Made by a program: the position numbers and the translations under genes
Part shown: positions 49,774-62,148 of the stretch, piece after piece
Layout of the letters: each line of letters starts with the position of its first letter
How positions within the stretch are numbered: position 1 is the stretch's first letter
Notes under the pieces: model-generated
Seen by the model: the letters and a program-made list of their open reading frames with translations, nothing else
Told to the model about the DNA's origin: nothing
The model's database searches: none
Source: Chrysemys picta bellii
Lineage: Eukaryota
Length of the DNA: 64,000 nt
Reading direction: 5' to 3'
Assembly: GCF_011386835.1 (NCBI RefSeq)
Contig: NC_088801.1
Location: 62,930,001-62,994,000 of the forward strand

Positions 49774-49823
49774 CGTAGCTGGATTCAGGCTGCAAGCCAT
49801 AGTACTCCAGCTGGGTAACTGCC

Positions 49824-49870
49824 TTTTTATACCTCACAACCAGTGCTAAGTGTGCACACGTTAACAAAAG
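49824..49870 (-). promoter_or_regulatory. Copy 5 proximal promoter: TATA 49824..49831, MARE-like 49844..49856, SOX site
   Basis: Same motifs and spacing as copy 1. Confidence 0.75.
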
Positions 49871-50939
49871 TCTTTTCTCTGTTCATAGAGCCAGCTCATG
49901 ACTCTGGGGGATCATTCACTCTTTGTACTAGTGTCCATAGGTTTTGTGTAGTGGGGAACAGGTTTTATTCCTATTGTTACTAGTGACCAGTTCCGGGTCC
50001 TAGATCTGTCAGCACAGCCATTTTTTACATTGAAGACAACACAGTTCAGGAAAAGGGAGAAACTTCTGGCCGAGTGACAGAGGGGACTGGATGTTGATGC
50101 CATCACAATCCTTTTCTATAGAGTTTCTGCAGTTGCATTTTTACTAGTGAATACAGAAGTGGTACAATAAAGACAGAAGAGGGTTCAGATGCCAAAATAC
50201 AAAGTAGGGAGATAAAACTGAAATGTGTATGTCAAAAAAAATGTCAAAAGGGCTTAGGCAGTCATCACGCGTGTTTTACCCATTCAGTAGCTCTGGGTTC
50301 AAGCAGGAGTCTGGAATGTCCTCCTGAGAGACCAGCATGAGATGAGCAGCTATTCAGTAGGTGTGCAGCGTCCATCTCCACCCGCAGCCACACAGGGCTG
50401 TTCTGAGTCCCCACATGTGGTCATTGTATGGTACTAATGTATATTTCTCTCTCCACTATCTTTTTCTGTTTTTTTCCCCACTCTATTTAATCCCTCTTTC
50501 TGTCTCCATGCTGGGAATTTCCTCCCCATGCCTGTAGAATATGTACTGGGCAGCTACTCTCTACCCTTGGATTATATAATTTTGGCTGCTTAGATATTCA
50601 AAAGCTGTTTACTGCACAGGAAAATTTTCAGTGTCTCATTTATTCACTAAGCAACTTTATATTTTAACAGTGATGGCTCTGAGAACTAAATGTGTGTCCT
50701 GAAATATAAAGGGTTTCAGTAACCGTATTCAAAGCAAAACTATATTCAATGCTTAAAGAGAATGCTGCCGGTGCCATGCTCCTGGAGACACATCTGACAA
50801 ACTTGAAGTTTGTAAACTGAATAGAGATGGGGTGGGCCTCTCAGTTTGTAGTTGCTTTAAATTCTTAAGTGAGGGGTATTGCTTTACTAATACCTCCCAG
50901 GACTAAGAAGTATACGGAGGGGTCAAGTGGAGGCAACCC

Positions 50940-53240
50940 TAAGCCCAGACCGTACCGCTTTACCTTTGGGAAAGGCTTGCAGGGAGCCTTTAGACCCCAC
51001 TTGGTGCTCAGTCAGGTCTCCTTTGGCATCAAACCATTCCTTGGTCTTTTACACTTTCCTGTCCTTTCTTCCACCACCACACTCCTCTGTAGCTGGAGAA
51101 TCTCCATCTGCAAGTCCTGTACCCTGGCTTCTGACAGGGCCTCTGTAGCCAGATAGACTGGAACTGGGTTAATTATATCCTTCCACAGTCTCATTGGTCT
51201 TCCCATCAGGCCTCATTGGGGTAAAAGTAGGGTTGCCAGGAGTCCGGTTTTTGACAGGAACATCCGGTCAAAAAGGGACTCTGGCAGCTCTGGTGAGCAC
51301 CACTGACCGGCCTGGTAAAAGTCTGGTCGGCAGTGCAACAGGGCTAAGGGAGGCTCTCTGCCTGCCCTGGGTGCGCGCTGCTCCCAGAAGCGGCCGGCAT
51401 ATCTCTGCGGACTCTAGGCACAGGTGTGATCAGGGAAGCTCCACGCAGGAACCAAAGCCAATGGGAGCTCCGGGGATGGCACCTGCGGGCACAGGTAGCA
51501 CGTACCGTGCAGAGCCACTTGGCTGCACCTCCGCCTAGGGGCTGGACATGCCGGCCACTTCCGGGAGCAGCGCAGAGCCAGGGAGGCAGGAAACCTGCCT
51601 TAGCCCCGCTGCACCGCCGACTGGGAGCCGTCTGATATAAGCGCCACCTGGACAAAGCCCGTACCCTGAACCCCCTCCTGCACCCCAACCCCATGCGCCA
51701 AGTTGGAACACCTTCCCACATCCTAACTCTCTCCCAGCCCCAGCCCACCCATACTCACACCCCAGCCCTGAGCCCCCTCCTGCACCCAAACTCCCTCCTG
51801 GAGCCTGCACCCTGAACTCCCTCCCGCACCAACCCCTTGCCCCAGCCTTGACCACCCTCCCAGAGACCGCACCCCCTCCCACATCCCAACCCAGCCCTGA
51901 GCCCATTCCCACAATCCAACCCCCTTCACCCCAGTCCGGAGAGTCCTCCTTCACTCCAAACCCTTCATCCCCAGCTCCACTCCAGAGCCTGCACCCCTAG
52001 CCGGAGCCCTCACCCCCTCCAACACCCCAACCCCCTGCCCCAGCCTGGAGCCCCCTCCCTCACCCTGAACCCCTCATTTCTGGCCCCACCGTGGAGCCCA
52101 AACCCACAGCTGGAGCCCTCACCCCCTCTGACACTCCAGCCCCCTGCTCCAGCCCAGTGAAAGTGAATGAGGATAGGGGAGAGTGAGCAACTGAGGGAGG
52201 GGGGCTGGAATGAGTGGGGGTGGGGCCTCAGAGAAGCAGTGGAGCATGGGCGTGGCCTCAGGGTGGGGGATGGGGTAAGGGTGTTCGGTTTTGTGCAATT
52301 AGAAATTTGGCAACCCTAAGTAAAAGCCTGTGGATTTGCATCCGTAGCTCTCATGTGTTAGTGCCATCGGTAACACTTCATCCCAATTGCTGTCTGCTGC
52401 AGCGCCCCCCCCCTCCCCCCCCACACACCTTTTTTTTTTTAAGCTTAGATTTGATGGTCCTGGTTATTCAGTCAACCTGTCCTGCTGCTGACTGGGTGAC
52501 AGAGAAGGGGAACCTTTTGATCTATGTCCAGCCAGGTGCACACTTCTTTGACAACTGACCCCACAAATCCGCTCCCATTGTCTGAGTCAATAACCTTAGC
52601 CGCCCCCTCACCCTCCCCCACAGAACACGTTGCCCACCAATTGTTCCGCTCTCATTAGGGCAGTCACATATTTAGTGTGGATGTCCATCTCCTCCCAATG
52701 TGAGAAAGCATTGACAACAACTAGCACATACTTGTTACCCCTTGGTGCTAACGGCAGCTCCCCAGTACAGTAGATTTGATCTTTCCATGAACCTCTGGGG
52801 ACCCATCTCAGAAGAGCTTTTTTACTTTCTTTGATGGCTGGATTGTGTCTGGCACAGATAAGGAGCCTCTACAGATCCCTTTCCCATCGTTGACAACTTG
52901 TCTTTGGCCTCTGCCTGTTTGCAGTGGGCCCATGCACCCACAAGAGCAGATCTGTTTGCATATTTTGTGGTGCCAACCATAGTAAACCATTTTTTGATTT
53001 TACACAGAGGAGTTCTTGCTTTATTTCTAAGTTTTGACCTACATTCGTTTTGGCTGGAGGCTTGTTCCCAAAGGGGTCCTAACTTCACATCCTGTTGTTG
53101 AATGCTTTGCAGCCGCTCTGCTTTTTACCTTATTGCGATTGTTGCTGGCCTCAAGTGAAATCTGTTACAGGGATAGTTTTCCAAATGGTATCCCATGGCC
53201 AGGGCGGGCCTGTGTCTGCTGCATTATTGATTGCTAGGAT
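50940..53240 (-). mobile_element. Decayed Gypsy/retroviral-like integrase region (tandem-unit component), split by the MITE at 51228..52318
   Basis: Collinear with 28210..29350 and 43000..44160 (ORFs 51012..51206 and 52822..53088). Confidence 0.7.
51228..52318. mobile_element. hAT-type MITE (1091 bp) with 8-bp TSD
   Basis: TIRs TAGGGTTGCCA / TGGCAACCCTA; flanks ggtaaaag / agtaaaag (7 of 8 match). Empty site at about 28478..28490. Confidence 0.9.
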
Positions 53241-54964
53241 AAGTGTCTGGGTTTTTGTTTTTTCCTGATAACTAGGGACATTTTTTGTGTGTGTGCCTTA
53301 ACTTTAACCATGTCCACTTTGTTAAACTGTTTGGCAAGATTATTTAGCATTTTCCACATAGTACTGAATTTGATTTCCCTGTTATTGGTAACCTGATATT
53401 TGTTCTGTGCCCACTATGCCAGCATTTGCACAGCTTCTCTGAATACATAATTCAAGTCCAGAACAACGGTAAGCTTAGAGTGAGATTCTTTTTCTCAGTA
53501 CACTGATAACTTCTGCTAATTTTCCATACACAGCTGACTTACTTTTCTGGTTGTACTGTAAAGTGTTTGAGCATTTTGTTTTTTACTTTGATTGCTGCTA
53601 ACCTTTTCTGGTTTGAGTATATGGTGGCTACTGTCATCTGTATACTTAATACTTTTTAGAAAGTATTTGCGGGCATGCGTTTTTTAAAGATTGGATGCCA
53701 GGTGCTAGAGGGGCTGTTTTTACATTTAGGCAGCATTTCTGTGTGCCTGGGTTCCCCTACCAGCCAGTGGCAAGTGGCACAGGATTGTGGGAGACCACCA
53801 CCGGTCAGCTGGTCTGGAGAGACTTTGATACCCTGAAAGTGGGGACTATATGGTGATCTAGCCAGAGGGCCAAGCAGGAAGAGGGAGCACCCTGAGTCAT
53901 CAAGACAGAAAGAAGGGTAACTGATGGAAGGGGGTGCCAGAGCGGGTGAGTGCTGATCCCCAGATGTAGCCACAAAGAGGTACCCCCAGCGTTGAGTGAA
54001 CCCCATGACAGGCTGTTTAATACAAGCTCCAATACAGCACAGCACTTAAGCGCATATGTAACTTTGTCAACGGGACTATTCACGAGCTTCAATTAAGCAC
54101 ACGCTTAAGTGTTTTGCTGGATCAGGGCCTCACGCTGTCCCCCAGAGGCCATGCCGATTGCTTCCAGAATGCCAACAGGTTTTGGGCAGTCTGTCTAGAG
54201 ATTTCTATTGAAATAGGGCAGGTCTACACTAAAAGTTCTGCACAGCTCATCTGTGCCGCTGTAGGGTTGTAATACAGGCGCTCCTACACCAACTGTAAAG
54301 TGTTCTCCCGTCGGTGTAGTTAATCCATCTCCCCGAGAGGCAGTAGCTATGTCAAGGGGAGAAGCTCTCCCGCTGACATAGCGCTGTCTGCACGAGGGGT
54401 TAGGTGGACGGAACTGTGTCGCTCAGCGGTGAGGATTTTTCACACAAGTGCATGGGGGCTGTTCAATCCTCTCAGAGCTATTGTTTCAGGCTGGCTGCAG
54501 ACTTGGGCAGACGTCTCTGCGCTGGTTTCACCTGGGTCATATTTTCAGCTTTGCTTTACATGCCCCTGGACAGAAACCTCAGCTTTCATTATACACTGGA
54601 AGTCCCAGTGTAATCAGATAATTCCAGGAACGAGGGCCCTCAACCCAGGCCTGTAGTGCCTATGGCTAGTTAATTCAGCACTACCCTGGATCGGTGCTCA
54701 GGTAACTGGCTGGAGACTCGGCCCCTGGCTGGTGGGAGGTCTGTGGCTGGCACTGTCCCTTGGCTGAGAGAGGGATGTGGCTGATTCCTGCCATCACCTG
54801 GGTGCCCAGCTCTGTGGCTGAGGGAGCTCTGGCTGCTGCTCACTGGTGATGCTTCCAGGGCCCTCTGGCCAGGGAGTAAAGGCTGGAGCTCAGCCCAGTG
54901 CCTCTCTAGTTCTAGCTCCAAATCTCTCGCCAAAGGTGGACTGGAGGATTATGATCTAAATTAC

Positions 54965-56483
54965 TGTAAGCAGAGTCAGGATGAGCTCTACCCTGACATC
55001 TGGTGGTGAATTATGGCGAGTGTGGAAAAGAACTCCAGGGGCTGATCTGGTTTGCATAGGCACACCCACTCGCCTGGCATGAAACAACAGCAACTCAAAG
55101 TGGTTACTTTGGCTGGTGTGGGATCCCCAGTTTCTCTGTTATTGGGGCAGGAAGAATAAAGTTTTGTTACCCTGATTCTGTGAATCAAGGCCAGTGGAAC
55201 TGTTGTATGACAGAAGGACTGAGTGAGTCCTTCACCATTACCTAAGTAGCACTTGCTTGACAAGGGGCATGGGTTACAAAACCCAGTGAATGGAGAGAGG
55301 ATGTGAACAGGTATTTATAGCTGATGGTATGGGCCCCTCTTTGAGGGTTTGAAACACCAATTGCACTACTTCCTCTCTCCACTGTTGAATGTCAGAGCTA
55401 ACTTTGATTCCATTAGGAGTCTATTTACAGGCTGCTGAGCTGAATTCACTTTGGGCCAATGGTGCACTAGCACTGGGGCTCCCCTCCTATGAGCTGAAAT
55501 TGCTAAGAGCTGAAATCACAAAAGAGCTAAGGTTATTAAGAGCTGAGATCACTGAGACTGTGTTAACTAGTGGGGGAGCCTGAAGCTATATTGCTAAGCG
55601 GCTGGCGGAGCCGCTAGCAGAGTGGAGCCTCACGGGACGGTTGGAGCTGAGCGACTCACAGGTTGGTGAGCAGGGTGGAGTGTCTGGAGAAGCAGCGAGC
55701 AGAGCGGAGCCTTGTGGGAGCGGCCCAAGGAACAGCTGAAGTGGAGCAGAGCTGAGCGGCTCACAGGTTGGTGAGCAGAGCGGAGCAGCTGCCAGAGCCG
55801 TTCGTGGACGGCGGGAGCGGCTCACGGGACAGCTGGTGGAGTGGAGTGGCTCGTGGAGAAGGCTGCGGCGGAACCCCACGGAGAGGCAGCCGGTCGGCCT
55901 CGGATCACGTAAGGTGCCCCTTAACACCCTGCGTGCCTCCCCCCCCCCCGGCTTGAACTCTGGGGCTGCACTGACCAGGGACAGAGACTTTGGGGGGTTG
56001 TTGGACTTTTGGGACTTTGGTGATCCTTGGGTTGCTGGACCCAAGAGACTCTGGGGGGGGTTGTTGGACTTTTTGGACTTTGGCGATCCTTGTGTTGCTG
56101 GACCCAAGAGACTTTGGGGTTGTTGGACTTTTGGGACTTTGGTGATTCTTGGGTTGCTGGTTTCAAGAACCAAAGGGAAAGGACACAGCCCAATTTGCTG
56201 GGGTGGGTTTTTTTTTTGCTCATGAAGCCTGTTTGTGGTGTTTTTCCAATTTAATGCTGATGTCGTTTACCTCATGTTATTAAACATTTTCTGTTACACT
56301 CAGACTCCGTGCTTACGAGAGGGGAAGTATTGCCTCTTAGAGGCGCCCAGGGGGTGGTATGTAATTGTCCCAGGTCACTGGGTGGGGGCTCGAGCCAGTT
56401 TTGCATTGTGTTATTGAAACGGAACCCCTAGATACGGAACCCGGCCCTTGTTGCTGCCAACTTAGATGGGCAGAAGGGTTACA
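54965..56483 (+). repeat. 5' LTR (1519 bp)
   Basis: TGTAAG...GGTTACA; near-identical to 62149..63678. Confidence 0.96.
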
Positions 56484-56487
56484 TTTT

Positions 56488-56505
56488 TGGGGGCTCGTCC
56501 GGGAT
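56488..56505 (+). promoter_or_regulatory. Primer-binding site complementary to tRNA-Pro
   Basis: TGGGGGCTCGTCCGGGAT, the 18-nt complement of the tRNA-Pro 3' end, 4 nt after the LTR end. Confidence 0.93.
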
Positions 56506-56600
56506 CACCTGGGTCAGTACCCCTCGCAAGCACCTGTTGAGTGTTCCCCTGCATTGGGAAACAATTGTGGTTATATTTTGAGGAAATTACTGTTTGTATA

Positions 56601-59600
56601 ATGGCTAATATGTCGGGTTTGTTGGGCCCCGGCCCCGCAGCCTCTAGCTCAGGGGCCACATCCTCAGCCAATGATTGGGCAAAAGCACTGGGGCAAATAT
56701 TGGAAAAGGTTGTGTTGTCCCATGCTAGGTCAAACTCTTGTCGTGAGTTAAGGTTATTTGCTGGGGCAGAGGAGTTCGAACCCTGGTTGGAGCATACCAC
56801 TGAAATGCTGCAGGAGTGGGCCGTACCTGATGCAGAAAAGCGAAGATGTCTAATAGAGAGCCTTAGTGGCCCAGCATTAGATGTGATTCGCACCCTGAAG
56901 CTCATTGACCCTGGGGTCAGTGTGAAGGACGGCCTAGAGGCCCTTGATCATACCTTTGGGAGTGTAGAGGGCCCTGAAGACAGTTACTGTAAGTTCCTTA
57001 ATTCCTGACAGCAAATTGGCGAGAAGATTTCAGCCTATATACAGAGGCTGGAAAGACTGCTTCAGAGAGCTGTCATGAGGGGTGCAGTGACTGCTGAACA
57101 GATGGATCGGACCAGACTGGCTCAAATTGTAAGAGGAGCTCAATATCAGAACTCGATTCTACTCCATCTCCGGCTAAGAGAACGACGGGAACATCCCCCA
57201 AGTTATTCCCAGCTGATAAAGGAGGTCAGAGAAGAGGAAGAAAGGCAGGCTGCCAGCGAGTTTTGGGAAGCCCAAACATTGGAGCCAGCCGGCACAACAC
57301 CACTGCAAATGGCCAGTGTACTGATGGTGAGCACCACAGAGGAACTTGCCCAACAAGTGCAGGTCCTGACAGAACGGATAGCTGAACTGCAAAGCACCAT
57401 TGACCGAGCTAAGACTTCCGGGAATAATGAGCCTCTGACCGTGGCGATGGAGAAGTCAGCATTTAGAGCCACCATCCCATCTGGGCGAAGAGGGAAAGGA
57501 CAATTCTTCTGCTACCGATGTGGTCAGGATGGACACAGTGCTGCCAAGTGCCATAATGAAGAAAACCCCTCCTTAGTGTATGGAAAGCTGAGGATCAGTT
57601 GGGAGAGATCCGGTAGCTGCCAGAGAGTCCGGGGACGGGGACCACCCAGGCCTGCAGGATTTGAAGATTCCCCCAGAAAAGACCATCCAGCTGGGATCCC
57701 CGCAGGACTGATAGGGCCTCGAGCAGAGGTCATGGTGAAGATTGAAGGGGTGGAGTGTAAAGCCGTGCTTGACACTGGATCTCAAGTGACTATTATATTT
57801 CAGTCATTCTACCAACAAATGCTTAGGCACCTGCCTATACAGCCACTGACTGGCGTTGGTCTGTATGGCCTCAGCATGGATGAATACCCCTACCAAGGGT
57901 ATGTCATAGTGCACCTGGAATTCCCAGAGGAGGTTGCTGGGGTAAGAGAAGAGGTGGACACAGCTGCATTAATATGCCCTGACCCTAAAGGGACCTCTGA
58001 TGTGTCTGTGCTGATAGGGACCAACTCCAGTCTCTTCAAGGTGCTCGCGGATTACTGCAGACGACGGGCTGGGGACCAGTACCTGAATACCCTGATGATC
58101 CATACGCTTTGTGCTGAAGCCTATAGGAAGATTGAGGGTGCTAAAAAGGAGACATCTGAGCTACCGATTGGGGCGCTGAAGTACATGGGCACAACCCCGT
58201 TAGTAGTGCCTGCAAGGACGGAGCAAGAAGTGCTTGTCATGAGTACTCGGCTGAAAGGCAGTAAAGGGGCATTAGCAATGGTAGAGCAGCCAGTTGAAGG
58301 AGAGCTCCCGGAAGGAGTGCTGGTCCCCAGTGGAGTCATAACCCTACCTGCTGAAGCCCAGGAAAAGGTGACTATACTGATTGCTAATGAAACAAGTCGA
58401 GATGTTGTTGTGAAGCAAGGACAAAAGATAGCGGATCTCTTTGAGCCTGAATCAATTGTAAAACCCCAGTGTGAGACTCAAGTTCCGCCAATAGACCCTG
58501 CAAAGTTTGACTTTGGAGATTCACCGTTGTCCGAGGAGTGGAAAGATCGCCTGAGGAGGAAACTTTGTGAAAGAGCCAAGGTGTTCTCATTGCATGAGTG
58601 GGATGTGGGATGTGCAAAAGGAGTAGAGCACAACATCAGACTACATGACTCTCGACCTTTCAGGGAGAGATCTAGGAGGATTGCCCTCTCCGAGATGGAA
58701 GATGTGCGACAACATCTTCAGGAGCTGGCTGCGAATGGCATCATTACAGAGTCCCGCAGCCCATATGCCTCACCCATTGTGGTGGTCCGTAAAAAGAATG
58801 GGAAAATCCGGATGTGTATTGACTACCGCACCCTAAACCGCCGTACTGTGGTTGACCAGTACACAATGCCCCGAGTCCAAGATGCCTTAGACTGTTTGCT
58901 GGGAAGCCAGTGGTTCTCTGTGTTGGATCTTCGGAGTGGATACTACCAGATCCCTCTGGGTGAAGAAGATAAGGAGAAGACAGCCTTCATCTGCCCATTA
59001 GGGTTTTATCAGTTTGAACGCATGCCCCAAGGGATCTCTGGAGCACCTGCCACATTTCAACGTCTTATGGAGAAAGTTGTGGGAGACATGAATTTACTGC
59101 AAGTGTTAGTTTATTTGGATGACCTGATAGTGTTTGGAAGAACCTTGGAGGAGCATGAAGAAAGACTTCTTAAAGTGCTTGATAGGTTAGAGGATTATGG
59201 TTTGAAGCTTTCAATTGACAAATGCCAGTTCTGCAGGACCTCAGTGAAGTATGTGGGTCACATCGTGTCCCAAGAGGGTGTGAGTACTGATCCCGATAAA
59301 ATAGAAGCCCTCACTACATGGCCATGTCCAAGTAACTACAGAGAACTCAAGACCTTTCTTGGGTTTAGTGGCTACTACCGCAGATTTGTGAAAAACTATG
59401 CTACGATTGTAAAACCTCTGAATGATCTTACCAGGGGATACCAGTCCAGCAGGAACAAATCTAAGACCAAGAATAAGGGAAGGTCCCCAAAGCCTCCTGT
59501 GCAGAGACACTATGGCCCCTTCGAACCATTTGGGCCACGGTGGGATGAGAGATGTGAAAGGGCTTTTCGAGAAATCATTACTTGCCTAACTCATGCTCCA

Positions 59601-62090
59601 GTCCTAGTCTTTGCTGACCCAAGCAAGCCATTTATCCTGCATACTGATGCCAGTTTGGAGGGTCTGGGAGCAGTACTGTACCAGGAAGTGGAAGGAAGAC
59701 GTAAACCTGTAGCCTTTGCCAGCCGAGGACTGTCTGATAGTGAAACTCGCTATCCCACCCACAAGCTGGAGTTCTTGGCCTTGAAATGGGCCATCACGGA
59801 GAAATTTCGAGACTACTTATATGGTGCTCAGTTCCAGGTGTGGACAGACAACAACCCACTGACCTATGTGTTAACAAGTGCTAAGCTGGATGCTACAGGG
59901 CAAAGATGGGTGGCCGCTTTGGCTAGCTATGACTTCAGCATTCAATACCGATCAGGGAGAAGCAATGTAGATGCAGATGCATTGTCCAGGCGTCCACAGG
60001 CACCAGGAGTTGCTGTGATACCCACAGATGGAGTGAGGGCTATTTGCAGTGTGAGTCGCCGGGAGCCAGAGTCCCATGAGAGTCTTCATGGATGTGCTGC
60101 AGAAGCTTTGGGCCTGCCCCCTGAATGCGTGCCTTCTGCTTCAGTGAACTATATTGCGTTGGACCAATCTCCTTTGCCCATGCTCAATGCGGCTGACTGG
60201 CAGGAAGCCCAGCTGCAAGATATTGGCATTCGTGATACACTACTTGCCAAAAGGGAGGGGCGAAGCCCAGCTGTGGTTGTCCCACCTAACCCGGAGGGTA
60301 AACTACTATTGAGAAAATGGACCAAACTAAAACTGATTCAGGGAGTGCTACATCGAGTGACCACAGACCCTTTACAAAAGCAACGAGCACAGCTAGTGCT
60401 GCCAAAAGAGTACAGAGCCCTGGCCATGAGGGCCCTGCATGATGACTTTGGACATTTAGGGATGGAGAGGACCCTGGAACTTATTCGTAGTAGGTTCTAT
60501 TGGCCTCGGATGACTGAAGATGTTCGCAGGAAATGTGAGACCTGCGCTCGATGTGTTCAAAGGAAAACTCTGCCCACAAGGGCTGCATATCTGAAGAACA
60601 TCACCAGCAACAAACCTCTGGAGCTGGTATGCATTGATTTCTTGTCTTTAGAAGTAGACAAGAGGAATATTGGGAACATTCTAGTAGTGACTGACCATTA
60701 TACGCGATATGCGCAGGCATATCCCACACGTGATCAGAGGGCCACCACTGTTGCTCGAGTACTGTGGGAGAAATATTTCTCAGTTTATGGATTTCCAGCC
60801 CGGATACACTCGGATCAGGGGCGGGACTTTGAGAGTCATCTCCTGAAGGAGGTGCTGAGGATAGCGGGAATTAAAAAGTCTAGGACAACGCCTTATCACC
60901 CGCAAGGTGATCCTCAGCCAGAGAGGTTCAACCGAACCCTATTAGATATGTTGGGGACGTTGCGGCCAGAGCAGAAGGCAACCTGGAGCCAACATGTCGC
61001 ATTTCTGGTGCACGCCTACAATGCCACAAAGAATGATGCTACAGGAGTCACCCCATATCTCTTAATGTTTGGGCGGGAACCAAGATTACCCATAGACCTG
61101 TGCTTTGGTGTATCAGAGGATGGAGATAGCTATGAAACTCATCAGCAATATGTAGCCCGACTAAGAGAAAAGCTGCGGGATGCTTATCACTTAGCTACAT
61201 CTGCGGCTCGGAAGAACGCAGACCGCAACAAACATCGATATGATGCTAGGGTACGTTTGCAAGAACTCCAGCTGGGGGACAGAGTCCTGCTGTGAAATTT
61301 GGGTATTACTGGCAAACACAAGATAGCTGACAGGTGGAAGGCAATACCTTACTTGGTGATGGAAAAGCTAGGAGACCTGCCGGTCTACAAGATCAAACCT
61401 GAAGATGGTCCAGGGCAGACAAAGACGGTGCATAGAAACCTTTTGCTCCCTGGGGGGGAATTGGTAGACACCCCGTATGAGATGGGCCACAACAGGGCAA
61501 CCGGGCGGAACGAAGGTGCTGGACCAAAGCTGCCCTCCAACGTGGACAGCCAGCCCCCTGCAGCTAACCTACCCCTATACAGCACATGCGAGAGTGAGTC
61601 TGAGGAGGAAGACACAACCATGGTGTATCCTGGGATGGAGACAAGATTTCAGTCTCGATCAGCATCAAAAGAGAGCTCCTCCTCTTCCACCCTAAACCCC
61701 ATGGCAGAAGTATTTAGGCCCATTCCTGACACCCCTGGGCCACTGGTGGGACCCCCGTGTGATGACACACACAGGTTATTGGACAGTGGAGACATACAGG
61801 TGGAGGATGTCCTGGGCATCTTGGACCCTCCATTGTTAGAACTAGAACTGCAGGGGCCTATGCCAGTAGCCGAGGGGCCCTCAAAGGAAACCTCCCCATC
61901 TGTCGTTCAAGAGGCTGTCCCCCCTACCATGGCAACAGAGATTCTCAATAGATGAGACAGGGTAATAAGACCAGTAAAACGGTTGACTTATGATGCACCT
62001 GGGGTGACTAGTGAGGAACCAATATGTTTAGCACACAGGCTTGTGGAAGCTAAAGTGGGCTATCTGAGGCCCTTTAGAGAGAACCAGTGA
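56601..62090 (+). pseudogene. gag-pol polyprotein frame (about 1829 codons) interrupted by three in-frame TGA codons
   Basis: PNMA-like capsid (LRLFAG.EEFEPWLEH...EKRRCLIESL.GPALDVIR), CCHC knuckle CYRCGQDGHSAAKC, protease LDTGS, RT YLDD, RNase H TDAS, integrase HHCC and D-D-E (CIDF, HSDQG, PERFNRT). Stops at 57006..57008, 61293..61295 and 61953..61955; no frameshift seen. Confidence 0.93.
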
Positions 62091-62138
62091 GTTGGTATAA
62101 TAGAGAGTGTGATTTGTCGGGACGACAAATTCTCGGCT

Positions 62139-62148
62139 GGGGGGAGGA
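62139..62148 (+). other. Polypurine tract
   Basis: GGGGGGAGGA immediately before the TG of the 3' LTR. Confidence 0.9.

Noticed and set aside
55389-55583. 64-aa ORF MSELTLIPLG... present in both LTRs
   Set aside because: Short, built from the GAGCTGA tandem repeats, and duplicated simply because it lies in the LTR.
57006-57017. TGA CAG CAA as a programmed read-through signal between gag and pol
   Set aside because: The stop lies in the middle of the capsid domain, well before the zinc knuckle; CGA>TGA decay is simpler and fits the other two stops.
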